This document shows positions 1-9,471 of a stretch of 64,000 nt of DNA, in pieces. The stretch's first letter is position 1. Each line of letters opens with the position of its first letter. The stretch lies in contig CAXXHB010000003.1 of assembly GCA_963664815.2 (NCBI GenBank), positions 2,016,001-2,080,000 on the forward strand, read 5' to 3'. Made by a program: the position numbers and the translations under genes. Under the pieces are notes generated by a model. The model worked only from the letters and a program-made list of their open reading frames with translations, was not told the origin of the DNA and did not search any database. Source of the DNA: Spirochaetota bacterium. GTDB taxonomy: Bacteria > Spirochaetota > UBA4802 > UBA5550.

Positions 1-1
1 A

Positions 2-424
2 CAGAAAATTGTTACCAACGAAACAGATATCTACAGTACACTTTATACTGATAAAGTTGATGGAATGAAAGCGCGGGTTATGAAGACTCCCGGAGCACAA
101 AGACTCATAAAAAAACGTCTGAACCCATTCAGCGCACTTATTCAATCAAAAAAAATCGCAAAAATGTTAGGTTTTCCATGGCTGAAACTCGCAATCGGAA
201 TTATGTTTATGGGCTATAAAAAATCTATGCAGATGGCAAGGATGGCTATAGGATTTGACGCATTTTACGCCGGCACAATGGAGGGAAACAACCAGAAAGG
301 AGTTCTTCCGATTGGTCAAATTGCGGGTATTATAACTGAAACAATGACAGTAAAACAGATAATTGAATCAACTGTCAGAGATGCAATAAAAGCGCAGAAT
401 GTATTGGCATCTAAATTAAAATAA
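2..424 (+). CDS. Nitronate monooxygenase / FabK-like flavoenzyme, C-terminal part (5' truncated by window)
   Basis: Frame open from base 2 (QKIVTNETDIYSTLYTDKVDGMKARVM...). Ends with the family-type GVLPIGQIAGII...TVKQII segment. Confidence 0.75.
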   Translation, partial: QKIVTNETDIYSTLYTDKVDGMKARVMKTPGAQRLIKKRLNPFSALIQSKKIAKMLGFPWLKLAIGIMFMGYKKSMQMARMAIGFDAFYAGTMEGNNQKGVLPIGQIAGIITETMTVKQIIESTVRDAIKAQNVLASKLK

Positions 425-454
425 ACTATAAAATCTGATTTTCAGGTCAATCAT

Positions 455-501
455 TAATGTTAATTTCCATCACAGCTGTTGTATAGTGGAAATTAACATT
501 A
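455..501. terminator. Inverted repeat, probable terminator
   Basis: TAATGTTAATTTCCA-N17-TGGAAATTAACATTA, perfect 15-bp arms just downstream of the first gene. Confidence 0.55.
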
Positions 502-652
502 TTTGCTGATTTGATTTTTACTCGTTCATATATAAAAAAAAAACTGTTATCAACGCTTAATTCAGCGGTGGAATTACAGACTGTTTAACTTTATAAAATT
601 TTTGAATAAATACTTTATTAAATTAATAAAATTAAAATTTTAAGGAGGAATC

Positions 653-1411
653 ATGGCTATAGTTGAGTGGAAGAAAGATGGCACTGTTGCAATAATGGTT
701 TTAAACAATGGCGAGAACAGGCATAATCCTGTCTGGTCTGAGGCTATGCTTTCAACATATGATGATATCATGGCCGACAAGGAAATTAAAGCAATTGTTC
801 TTACTTCAAGCGATCCTAAAAATTTCTGTCTTGGTGTCGATGTAGCATGGCTGATGAATGAACAGAAAAACAATAAATGGCCTGAAATCAGCAAATGGTT
901 ACACAGAAACGGAGAAGTTTTCAGAACAATTATGATGGCTCCTGTTCCCACAATAGCTGCAATAACAGGGCATGCTTTCGGAAATGGTGCAATGCTTGCC
1001 GGAGCCTGTGATTTCAGATTTATGAGAGCAGACAAAGGGTTTTTCTGCTTACCGGAAATTGATCTTGGGATTCAGTTTGCCCCATCAATGATCGAATGGA
1101 TGAGAAGAATAATGCCATATCATCTTTTTATCAGATTGAAATGGTCTGGTGAAAAAGCCGGAGCTGCTGAGCTTGAAAAATATAATGTTATAATGAAAGC
1201 ATGCGAAAATGCCGAGAAAACTGTTGAAGAAGCTGTAGCATTTGCTAAAACATTCAATAAATCCCGAACAACACTTGCAGAGATGAAAAGAAGAACCTAC
1301 AAACATGTCATAGATAAAATGGAAAATGAAGATCCGAATTATTTTGCATACAAACCGGATAATGTAAAAGAAGGAAAAGCACCAATTTTTATGTTTACAC
1401 CATTGACATAA
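653..1411 (+). CDS. Enoyl-CoA hydratase/isomerase (crotonase) family protein
   Basis: FCLGVD, PTIAAITGHAFGNG, ACDFR and LPEIDLG motifs; AAGGAGG RBS. Confidence 0.9.
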   Translation: MAIVEWKKDGTVAIMVLNNGENRHNPVWSEAMLSTYDDIMADKEIKAIVLTSSDPKNFCLGVDVAWLMNEQKNNKWPEISKWLHRNGEVFRTIMMAPVPTIAAITGHAFGNGAMLAGACDFRFMRADKGFFCLPEIDLGIQFAPSMIEWMRRIMPYHLFIRLKWSGEKAGAAELEKYNVIMKACENAEKTVEEAVAFAKTFNKSRTTLAEMKRRTYKHVIDKMENEDPNYFAYKPDNVKEGKAPIFMFTPLT

Positions 1412-1415
1412 TACT

Positions 1416-1452
1416 AAAAGAGGGGGATTATTTATTAATCCCCCTCTTTTTT
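1416..1452 (+). terminator. Rho-independent terminator
   Basis: AAAAGAGGGGGATTA-TTTAT-TAATCCCCCTCTTTT followed by T run. Confidence 0.85.
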
Positions 1453-1709
1453 ACTTAAATTAATGAAACATATCCGATTTTAACACTACAAACACTCTTT
1501 AAATTCTATAATATCTTATAAACTCATTGACTTTAGTTAAATAATAATTATTGTTCTGATAAGATGTTTTTGTACATAACAATGATTTCCTCTCTGTACA
1601 AAAGGGGGAAAAATTATTATACCTGTTACTTATTATTTTACAGGGATAATGAAAAAGTAATAAATTTACCGGAATAATTAAAAATTTGCATATCAGGGAT
1701 TATTACGTG

Positions 1710-2981
1710 ATGGAATATGGTCTAAATTACTGGATAGATAATAAATCAAAACTACTTTCACAGTATGAAAAGCTATTAAAAAAAAATGAAAAATTACTTA
1801 ACCTGCTAACAAAAAAGTTTGAAAGCATCCTTATTGGAAGCGGCTGTAATGCGCAGGTAAAAGGCAGAATTAAATCATTTGACGCTCTCTACAGAAAGCT
1901 TCTTACCAGATGTCAGAATGGACCAATTGAAAAACCTTTTGAGGTTATAACAGATATTATCGGAATGCGCATTGTAGTGCCATTTCTCGAGGATCTTGAA
2001 AGTGTTGAAAAAATGATAAAAACACACTTCCAGGTTTTTGAAACCGAATACAAATCACGCGAATTATCAATAAGGGAATTCGGTTATGATTCAATTCACA
2101 TGCAGATAAAATTACCTGATGACATTGTGAGTAAGATAAAAAATTCAGAAAATATGAAAATCGAGATACAATTGAGAACCATACTTCAGGATGCATGGGC
2201 TGAAGTTGAACATGAACTTATATATAAAACAAGTATTGATAAAGTTGAAGACACAATCCGCAGAAAAATGATAGCTGTTAACGCAACATTATCGCTCGGA
2301 GACACTATTTTTCAGGAGATCCGGGACTACCAGAGAAAAAGATACAGAGATATCCAGGAAAGACATAAAAAACTGATGGATAAAGTATCAACAATTCCTG
2401 AAAAGATGGAAAAACTGAAAACCACGATGGATATTATCAGCCAGGAAAAACCAAATGAATATATCCGGGAAACTCCAAGGAAAATACAACCACTTAACAT
2501 GACTAATTCAACAGATAAGCATGGCCTGAATGATCTGCTTGTTGAAGCCATGAATGCACATCTTGAAAACCGTCTCACCGATGCCATAGAATTATATACA
2601 CAGCTTATACTTGTATCACCAAACCATTATATTTATAATCACAGGGGTCTTGTCTATTTTACCCTTTCAGAATACAACAAGGCTATTAACGATTTTACCA
2701 GGGCAATCCAGATGGCGCCTAAAGACACAAGGGTATATACCAACAGGGGACTTACTTACAGGATGCTTAAAAAGTATGATGACTCATTGAGGGATTTTAA
2801 CAAATCACTTGAACTCAATCCTCTCTGGCCTGACACTTTTTACGGAAGATCATTAACATATTATGATCTTGGAGATATACAGCATGCACTTGAGGATTGC
2901 GATAAGGCGATCAGTATAAAACCTGATTTTAAACAGGCAGTGCGCTTTAAACAGTTTATATTGAATCAGCAGATGACCTGA
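1710..2981 (+). CDS. Small alarmone ((p)ppGpp) synthetase with C-terminal TPR repeats
   Basis: Synthetase motifs GRIKS..LYRK, DIIGMRIV, GYDSIH, EIQLRT..QDAWAEVEH. TPRs (YNHRG/YTNRG/FYGRS) in last ~150 aa. Start uncertain (1686-1710). Confidence 0.85.
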   Translation: MEYGLNYWIDNKSKLLSQYEKLLKKNEKLLNLLTKKFESILIGSGCNAQVKGRIKSFDALYRKLLTRCQNGPIEKPFEVITDIIGMRIVVPFLEDLESVEKMIKTHFQVFETEYKSRELSIREFGYDSIHMQIKLPDDIVSKIKNSENMKIEIQLRTILQDAWAEVEHELIYKTSIDKVEDTIRRKMIAVNATLSLGDTIFQEIRDYQRKRYRDIQERHKKLMDKVSTIPEKMEKLKTTMDIISQEKPNEYIRETPRKIQPLNMTNSTDKHGLNDLLVEAMNAHLENRLTDAIELYTQLILVSPNHYIYNHRGLVYFTLSEYNKAINDFTRAIQMAPKDTRVYTNRGLTYRMLKKYDDSLRDFNKSLELNPLWPDTFYGRSLTYYDLGDIQHALEDCDKAISIKPDFKQAVRFKQFILNQQMT

Positions 2982-2998
2982 ATTTTTGTTAAAATATT

Positions 2999-3658
2999 TT
3001 ATTTAAACACTTCACCTGCCTCTTTATACCATAATACAAAATCAAGGTGTTCCATGGGAATACCTGACTTTTTTGAATAACCTGATAATTTTTTTTCAAG
3101 TGAGAGATATACCTTTTCAGTAATACTTTCAGGTATTTCATCTATTACACTCAGTAATTTCATGTTTTTTAGTATATGCCTGTCAAGAATTGCAAGCTGG
3201 TCACCAATACCGATATTTCTCATAAAATGACTGGCTTCTTTGAATCCCATTCCTTTTACATTTTTCACGAGCCATTTCCTCTTTTCAAACTGGCTGAAAT
3301 TAAGATTAAGACATTCCCGTACTCCTGTATCACTGCAACAGAATTTTCCTCTTGCCTCAACAAGATACCGGGCTTTGTTATTTCTGAACCTTACAATATT
3401 TATCTCCCTGCTTATTTCATCCCAATCTCCGCTGAAAAGAAGATCCTTTTCCAGCAGAATATTCACTGCTTTCCAGCACTGTCTTGCACTTGATTGAGGA
3501 GTGAATAAACAGAATGCCAGTTCAGCAAAAAGTTCATTGTTATCCGCGCTATCCCATATATTCCTGAATTCAGAGATTCTATGTACTATTTCCGGTTTGA
3601 TCTTTTTATATAAATCGAATATTTCTTTTTCGTAAGTATCTGGAATTTGTTTTGACAT
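2999..3658 (-). CDS. ogg: N-glycosylase/DNA lyase (8-oxoguanine glycosylase, Ogg2 type)
   Basis: VRFRNNKA, HhH motif KGMGFKEASHFMRNIG, AILDRHI, C-terminal Lys. Confidence 0.85.
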   Translation of the reverse strand: MSKQIPDTYEKEIFDLYKKIKPEIVHRISEFRNIWDSADNNELFAELAFCLFTPQSSARQCWKAVNILLEKDLLFSGDWDEISREINIVRFRNNKARYLVEARGKFCCSDTGVRECLNLNFSQFEKRKWLVKNVKGMGFKEASHFMRNIGIGDQLAILDRHILKNMKLLSVIDEIPESITEKVYLSLEKKLSGYSKKSGIPMEHLDFVLWYKEAGEVFK

Positions 3659-3815
3659 ATACTGCTCCTTCTATCGCACACACAAATGGTGCAAAGATAT
3701 CTTCTTCACCTCTCAAAGGGTAAAGGGTAATTTAAAAAATAAGTTGCAACAAAAACAATAAGAAGTAATTTATAATCTGAAAAACCAGTTTAATCTTTGA
3801 TACAGGAGATAATTC

Positions 3816-4301
3816 ATGGCTGAAAATAAACAATTAAAAATTGAAAGTAAGGCACCTGATTTCAGACTTCCTGATTCATCAGGTGAAACTGTTTCTCTTA
3901 AAGATTACCGGGATAAATGGCTTGTTCTATATTTTTACCCAAAGGACAATACAAGTGGGTGTACAACCGAAGCTATTGATTTCACAGGGAATCTTCCGGA
4001 GTTTAAAAAATTAAATTGTTATATTGTTGGAGTAAGTCCTGATTCATGTAAGAGCCACCAGAAGTTTATAGAAAGACATGATCTTGCAGTAACACTCCTG
4101 AGTGATGAGGAGAAGATGGTTCTGGAGAAGTATGGAGTCTGGCAGACTAAAAAGATGTATGGCAAGGAATACCTGGGAGTTGTTAGAACCACATTCCTTA
4201 TAAGCCCCGATGGCAAAATAAGGTTTATATGGAATAATGTGAAGGTTGCCGGACATATTACAGAAGTACTTAAAAAACTAAAGGAGCTTCAGAATTTATA
4301 A
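3816..4301 (+). CDS. bcp: Peroxiredoxin Bcp/PrxQ
   Basis: YFYPKDNTSGCTTEA; KMYGKEYLGVVRTTF. Confidence 0.9.
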   Translation: MAENKQLKIESKAPDFRLPDSSGETVSLKDYRDKWLVLYFYPKDNTSGCTTEAIDFTGNLPEFKKLNCYIVGVSPDSCKSHQKFIERHDLAVTLLSDEEKMVLEKYGVWQTKKMYGKEYLGVVRTTFLISPDGKIRFIWNNVKVAGHITEVLKKLKELQNL

Positions 4302-4451
4302 TCTATTAATCAAGCTTTAAAATCGCCGATATGTTTAATATAAATAATCAGAATATCAAAAAACAGAATATATATTTTTATTAAAAACACTTGACTCCTT
4401 CTTTTTACCCAAAAAATCTGAATTATAATAAACATAAAAAATGGTGAAGAG

Positions 4452-4895
4452 ATGAATGCAAAACCTGATAAAGTCTATGATATGATGAAAGAAGCGATGG
4501 GATCACCTGATGAACTTACTCTTCCACCTAACTGTTTCATTGAAATGGAAGGGAAATTTATTGAACATAAAGAAAATGATTTCCTGAAGATGTCATTCCC
4601 TGTACAGGAAAAGTACTGTAATCCTGCCGGTAATTTACTCGGTGGTATGTTTGCGGCATTTTTTGACAATACATTCGGACCATTCTCATACATGACAGCA
4701 AAAAAGCCAACAACCAGCCTCGATCTTAACGTCACTTTTATCAGATCTATACCCCCCGGAGAAAAAGAGGTTATCATAGAAGCAAAAATTGTAAAAATTA
4801 CAAAAAGATTTATAATATTCGAGGGGAAAGCATTTAATCCCAAAAATGACCTCCTTGCCACAAGCACTTCAAGAATGATGATACTTGGGAATTGA
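4452..4895 (+). CDS. PaaI-family hotdog thioesterase
   Basis: NPAGNLLGG...FD motif, 147 aa. Confidence 0.8.
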   Translation: MNAKPDKVYDMMKEAMGSPDELTLPPNCFIEMEGKFIEHKENDFLKMSFPVQEKYCNPAGNLLGGMFAAFFDNTFGPFSYMTAKKPTTSLDLNVTFIRSIPPGEKEVIIEAKIVKITKRFIIFEGKAFNPKNDLLATSTSRMMILGN

Positions 4896-4919
4896 CGGAT
4901 TAAATGCTTTCCAGGGAAT

Positions 4920-6227
4920 TTATCTTTCGACTATCCCTTTGGTCTCATTCATTACTACAACAGGAATATTAATGCCTTTAAGATTTTTCATTGAATCAGC
5001 AACATCCTGCGGAAAACCGCGGTAAAGGACAGCAGCCTCGACTGAAACTTTACCGCTGAACTGACCGGCATCAATTTTTTCAATATACTCCTCCATGGGT
5101 TTAAACCTTCTGTCGCTCAGAATCTCTTTCGCTTTTGCAATATTATCCACAACCTTACCCTTCCCGTCTCCAAAAACTGTACTGAAAAACCTTGTATCAG
5201 CGGGGAGATAACCCTTTTTGTCAGCAACGCCGGTTGTATAGATAATTTTTCCTTTAATATCCTTAACTATTACTTTAAGCCATACCTGCCGTACATTTGT
5301 AAGTCCGGTAGGTACATTATGCCCTGCTCCGTTATTCAGAATCCTCACAATAATTTTATCATTCTCTGTTTTATGATCTACTTTTATAACAACAGCATTT
5401 TTCAGCCGATCTTCGGCCATTTTTGTCAGAGTTTTATTCTTCTCTATTGACGGGATTGCCATATTTCCACCAATAAAATAGTGTGTGAAAATATGATCTC
5501 TACCTGGGCCGCCTGAAGCTGCTATACCCGGATTTTTTTTCCTGACTGTAGATCCGGTAGCTGGTAAACCAGGTTTCTGATACATATGACAATCCTGGCA
5601 TTGTATTCCCTGTTTTCTGTATGGGCTATTCTCCCATTCCTGATAGGTAGTTTCAAGTGATGTTCCATAATTCACATGTTTAACATCATGACAGGTTCCG
5701 CACATTTCTGATTTTGTATGAAATTCTGAAAACTCTATATTATGGAAATCTGATTTAGAATCTTTGAATGGACCACGTTTTGTTCCGGGATTTTCTTCGC
5801 CATTACCGGGATTGTATTTAAACTTTGCATTATATACAGCATAAGCTCCTGTAATAGAATGGCAGTAGTCACATTGAATTCCTTTTTTTGCTATCTCTGC
5901 AATTTTAGTTTTATCATCTGATGTTTTAAGAGGATAACCCGTTATATAACCGACAGGAGTATGGCATATCTGGCAATGCTCTGCTTCTTCAATTTCCTTT
6001 TTTACACTAAGTCCAATCAATCCTGCATCAGCCACTTCAGAATAGAGTATATCACTCAAAGCAAGATTATGCATAGAACCTTTCCACTGGGAATAAATCT
6101 CATCATGGCATCCGCCGCATGTTTCAGGAGAGATAAACTGTGAAAGCCGGTAATGAACAACTTTATCGGAAGAACAGGCATAAATGGTAATAACAGCTAA
6201 AAATGTTATAATTGTAAATCTTTTCAT
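4920..6227 (-). CDS. Multiheme (5 CxxCH) c-type cytochrome, probable lipoprotein
   Basis: CGGCH, CQICH, CDYCH, CGTCH, CQDCH; lipobox-like IYAC; GAGHNVPTG motif. Confidence 0.85.
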   Translation of the reverse strand: MKRFTIITFLAVITIYACSSDKVVHYRLSQFISPETCGGCHDEIYSQWKGSMHNLALSDILYSEVADAGLIGLSVKKEIEEAEHCQICHTPVGYITGYPLKTSDDKTKIAEIAKKGIQCDYCHSITGAYAVYNAKFKYNPGNGEENPGTKRGPFKDSKSDFHNIEFSEFHTKSEMCGTCHDVKHVNYGTSLETTYQEWENSPYRKQGIQCQDCHMYQKPGLPATGSTVRKKNPGIAASGGPGRDHIFTHYFIGGNMAIPSIEKNKTLTKMAEDRLKNAVVIKVDHKTENDKIIVRILNNGAGHNVPTGLTNVRQVWLKVIVKDIKGKIIYTTGVADKKGYLPADTRFFSTVFGDGKGKVVDNIAKAKEILSDRRFKPMEEYIEKIDAGQFSGKVSVEAAVLYRGFPQDVADSMKNLKGINIPVVVMNETKGIVER

Positions 6228-6732
6228 GTCGAATCCTCATTCATTAAATATTTTTTTATTAAAAGTAGCTCTGCGGCAATTCTTAAAATATTTTATCCTC
6301 ATATTACGGCAATAGTATTTACGATATATCCTTAAAACCGCTTTTTGAATTTTTAAAATTGAGTTATTGATTCTATCAATATCATCCTGAGTAATCATTA
6401 AAAAATTACTGAATAAATTCTCAGTATCAGAGTAATTTTTATATATATTTTAAAATTTAAAATAGCTGGATTTAAACGGTTTATTTATAATTTTTAAGGA
6501 ATTCATCAAATATATTTTCTTATAAAACTTTATATCAGATTTTTTGAATAAACGACTTTTTTATGAAACTTTGGTTGCTTTTTCTTATACTAAAATGTAG
6601 ATTTAAATATACAAGTATAAAAAGAGCTGTTTTAAAACTTTATTTTAAAACAGTCATTATGTGAATGATCTGACAATTTATTGTTAGCCCTGTAAGACGT
6701 TAATTAAAATCAATTTACACAAGGAGGAAATT

Positions 6733-7896
6733 TTGAAAGCAGTAAAAATACATGAAAACATATACTGGGTTGGAGGTATAGACTGGAATATCAGAAGCTT
6801 CCATGGCTACCTCACACAAAGAGGAACTACATACAATGCATATTTAATAATAGATGATAAAATAACACTTATCGACACTGTAAAATATTATCATTACGAT
6901 GAAATGATAGAAAGAATATCATCTGTAATTGACCCGGAAAAAATTGATTACATAATCTCAAATCATGCGGAGATGGATCATTCAGGTGCACTGCCGGAGC
7001 TGATGAAACTTATACCCGGTGCAGAGATTATTGCTACTCCCAACGGAGAAAAAGCACTTAATGAACATTTTAAAATGAACTGGACATGCAGAACCGTAAA
7101 GGCCGGCGACACTCTTTCCACAGGTAAATATAAATTTTCATTTCACCCGGCGCCAATGGTTCACTGGCCTGACAACATGCTTACATATATGGAAAATGAG
7201 AATATTCTCTTCTCCAATGATGCATTCGGTCAGCACCTGGCAACATCCGAAAGATTTGATGACCAGTACAATCTTGATACAATCATCGAAGAGGCGAGAA
7301 AATATTATGCAAATATAGTTCTCCCATATTCTGTTCAGGTACAGAAAGCACTTTCAGATCTTGGCAGTCTTAAAATCGATATGATAGCACCAAGCCATGG
7401 AATCATATGGAGAAAAAATGCAGGGATTATTGTTGATGAATATGTTAAATGGGCATCCGGCATCACAAAGAAGAAGGCTCTTGTCATCTACGATACAATG
7501 TGGAATTCGACAGCATTAATTGCTGAAACAATAGGATCTGTTTTTGAAGAAAAAGGTTATGATTTCAAAATGTACAATCTTCAGTTTAATCATATGTCTG
7601 ATATCATGACAGAGCTTCTTGAGGCTGAATTTATCTGTGTCGGATCTCCTACCCTGAATAACAATATGCTTCCATCTGTTGCAGGTTTCCTTACTTACAT
7701 GAAAGGGCTTGCTCCAAAACAGAGAAAGGGGCTGGCATTCGGTTCATTCGGATGGGGAGGACAGGGTGTTAAACAGGTTCATGAAGCCCTTATGGGATGC
7801 AATTACCAGATGTATGATCTTATCAGTATTAAATACAGACCTGATACTGAAGCCCTTGAAACAATAAAAGCACAACTGTTTAATAGTATTAAATAA
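6733..7896 (+). CDS. fprA: Flavodiiron protein (A-type flavoprotein)
   Basis: GTTYNAY, NHAEMDHSG, HWPD, FSNDAFGQH, PSHG, C-terminal flavodoxin domain; AAGGAGG RBS before TTG. Confidence 0.93.
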   Translation: MKAVKIHENIYWVGGIDWNIRSFHGYLTQRGTTYNAYLIIDDKITLIDTVKYYHYDEMIERISSVIDPEKIDYIISNHAEMDHSGALPELMKLIPGAEIIATPNGEKALNEHFKMNWTCRTVKAGDTLSTGKYKFSFHPAPMVHWPDNMLTYMENENILFSNDAFGQHLATSERFDDQYNLDTIIEEARKYYANIVLPYSVQVQKALSDLGSLKIDMIAPSHGIIWRKNAGIIVDEYVKWASGITKKKALVIYDTMWNSTALIAETIGSVFEEKGYDFKMYNLQFNHMSDIMTELLEAEFICVGSPTLNNNMLPSVAGFLTYMKGLAPKQRKGLAFGSFGWGGQGVKQVHEALMGCNYQMYDLISIKYRPDTEALETIKAQLFNSIK

Positions 7897-7938
7897 TATC
7901 AAAACTGATGTAATTAAATATCCCGGAGGTTTTATTAA

Positions 7939-8100
7939 ATGAAAAAGTATATCTGTTCAGTCTGTGGTTATGTTTATGATCCGGAGAAAGGGATTCCCGA
8001 AGAGGGAATTGCCCCCGGAACTCCTTTTGAAGATCTACCTGATGATTTCGTCTGTCCGGTATGTGGTGTCGGTAAAGATGAATTTGCACCGGAATCTTAG
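7939..8100 (+). CDS. rd: Rubredoxin (53 aa; not in ORF track)
   Basis: Hand translation [53 protein letters not shown]; GGAGG RBS. Confidence 0.95.
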   Translation: MKKYICSVCGYVYDPEKGIPEEGIAPGTPFEDLPDDFVCPVCGVGKDEFAPES

Positions 8101-8133
8101 AAAGAATGAAATAATTAAAAAAGGAGGATTTAA

Positions 8134-9462
8134 ATGGATGCCGTATTACTTTCAAGAATACAATTTGCTATGACGGCAGGTTTTCACTTCATATTTCCGC
8201 CATTAACGCTGGGACTTGGTCTTATAATATTAATATACGAAACTCTTTATATCAGAACCAATAAAGAACAGTATATGAATATTGCAAAATTCATAATAAA
8301 GATTTTTGCCCTGATATTTGCAATTGGTGTTGCATCAGGTATTGTCCTGGAATTTTCTTTCGGGACAAACTGGTCTACTTATTCAAGAATGGTAGGTGAC
8401 ATATTCGGAGCCCCGCTTGCTGCAGAAGGAGTTCTTGCTTTTTTTCTTGAATCTGTTTTTATCGGAGTGCTGCTTTTCGGAAGAAATAAAGTTTCAAAAA
8501 GAGTTTACTGGCTGTCTGCATTTCTTGTTTTCTTCGGTTCGCACCTTTCAGGATTATGGATAATAATTGCAAATTCGTGGATGCAGACACCGGCAGGTTT
8601 TGTCATTGAAGGTGGACGTGCAGTCCTTAAAGATTTTTTTGCTGCAGCAGTGAATCATTCCACAATGCAGCGGTATTTACATACAATTATCGGCGGATGG
8701 CTTTCAGGTTCACTTTTCATGGCCGGTATAAGTTCATGGTATATTCTCAAAAAAAGAGATCTGGACTATGCCAGACCTATCCTGAAAGTCTCACTGATAG
8801 TTTTTATACTAACTTCCTTTCTTCAATTCGGAACAGGGCATATGCATGCGGTTCAGGTTGCAAAAACACAACCTGTAAAAATGGCGGCTATGGAAGGTTT
8901 ATGGGAATCAAAAACCGGAGCTGGACTTTCTGTTTATGGAATTCCCGATTCTTCAAAAAAGATAACTCACTTCGATATAAGAATTCCCAAGCTTCTCAGT
9001 ATTATGATCTATGCTGATCCGAAAGCAAAAATACAGGGATTGAACGATTTTTCAGAAGACCTTCATCCGCCGGTTTTCATCACATTTCAGGTTTACCACG
9101 CAATGATAGGAATGGGAAGCCTTTTTGCACTGATATCACTTATCGGACTTTTTCTTTTAATTAAGAAAAAACTATATGAAACAGACTGGTATCTTAAGGT
9201 TCTTTTGTTTGCAATACCGATTCCGCTTATTGCAAATGAAGTCGGGTGGATGACAGCAGAGATAGGCCGTCAGCCCTGGGCTGTTTATAACGTCCTTAAA
9301 ACAGCTGATGCTGCATCGGTGGTTGTACCAGCCTGGCAGATCCTGGCAACAATTATAATGTTCACAATACTTTATGCTGTACTTTTAATGTTTTTCATAA
9401 AGTTCCTTGTGGCTTTGATTAAAAAAGGACCTGAAAAGGTTATTGCCACTGAAGGTTATTAG
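8134..9462 (+). CDS. cydA: Cytochrome bd oxidase subunit I
   Basis: SRIQFAMTAGFHFIF, FGTNW, AFFLES, QPVKMAAMEG, GRQPW. Confidence 0.95.
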   Translation: MDAVLLSRIQFAMTAGFHFIFPPLTLGLGLIILIYETLYIRTNKEQYMNIAKFIIKIFALIFAIGVASGIVLEFSFGTNWSTYSRMVGDIFGAPLAAEGVLAFFLESVFIGVLLFGRNKVSKRVYWLSAFLVFFGSHLSGLWIIIANSWMQTPAGFVIEGGRAVLKDFFAAAVNHSTMQRYLHTIIGGWLSGSLFMAGISSWYILKKRDLDYARPILKVSLIVFILTSFLQFGTGHMHAVQVAKTQPVKMAAMEGLWESKTGAGLSVYGIPDSSKKITHFDIRIPKLLSIMIYADPKAKIQGLNDFSEDLHPPVFITFQVYHAMIGMGSLFALISLIGLFLLIKKKLYETDWYLKVLLFAIPIPLIANEVGWMTAEIGRQPWAVYNVLKTADAASVVVPAWQILATIIMFTILYAVLLMFFIKFLVALIKKGPEKVIATEGY

Positions 9463-9471
9463 GAGGATTAA

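Noticed and set aside
6240-6560. Possible decayed or small ORF upstream of the pentaheme gene
   Set aside because: Low-complexity K/N/I/F-rich translation with an in-frame TAA, no RBS and no motif
7889-8173. Two short ORFs (7889-8155 minus, 7964-8173 plus)
   Set aside because: Both overlap the real rubredoxin frame
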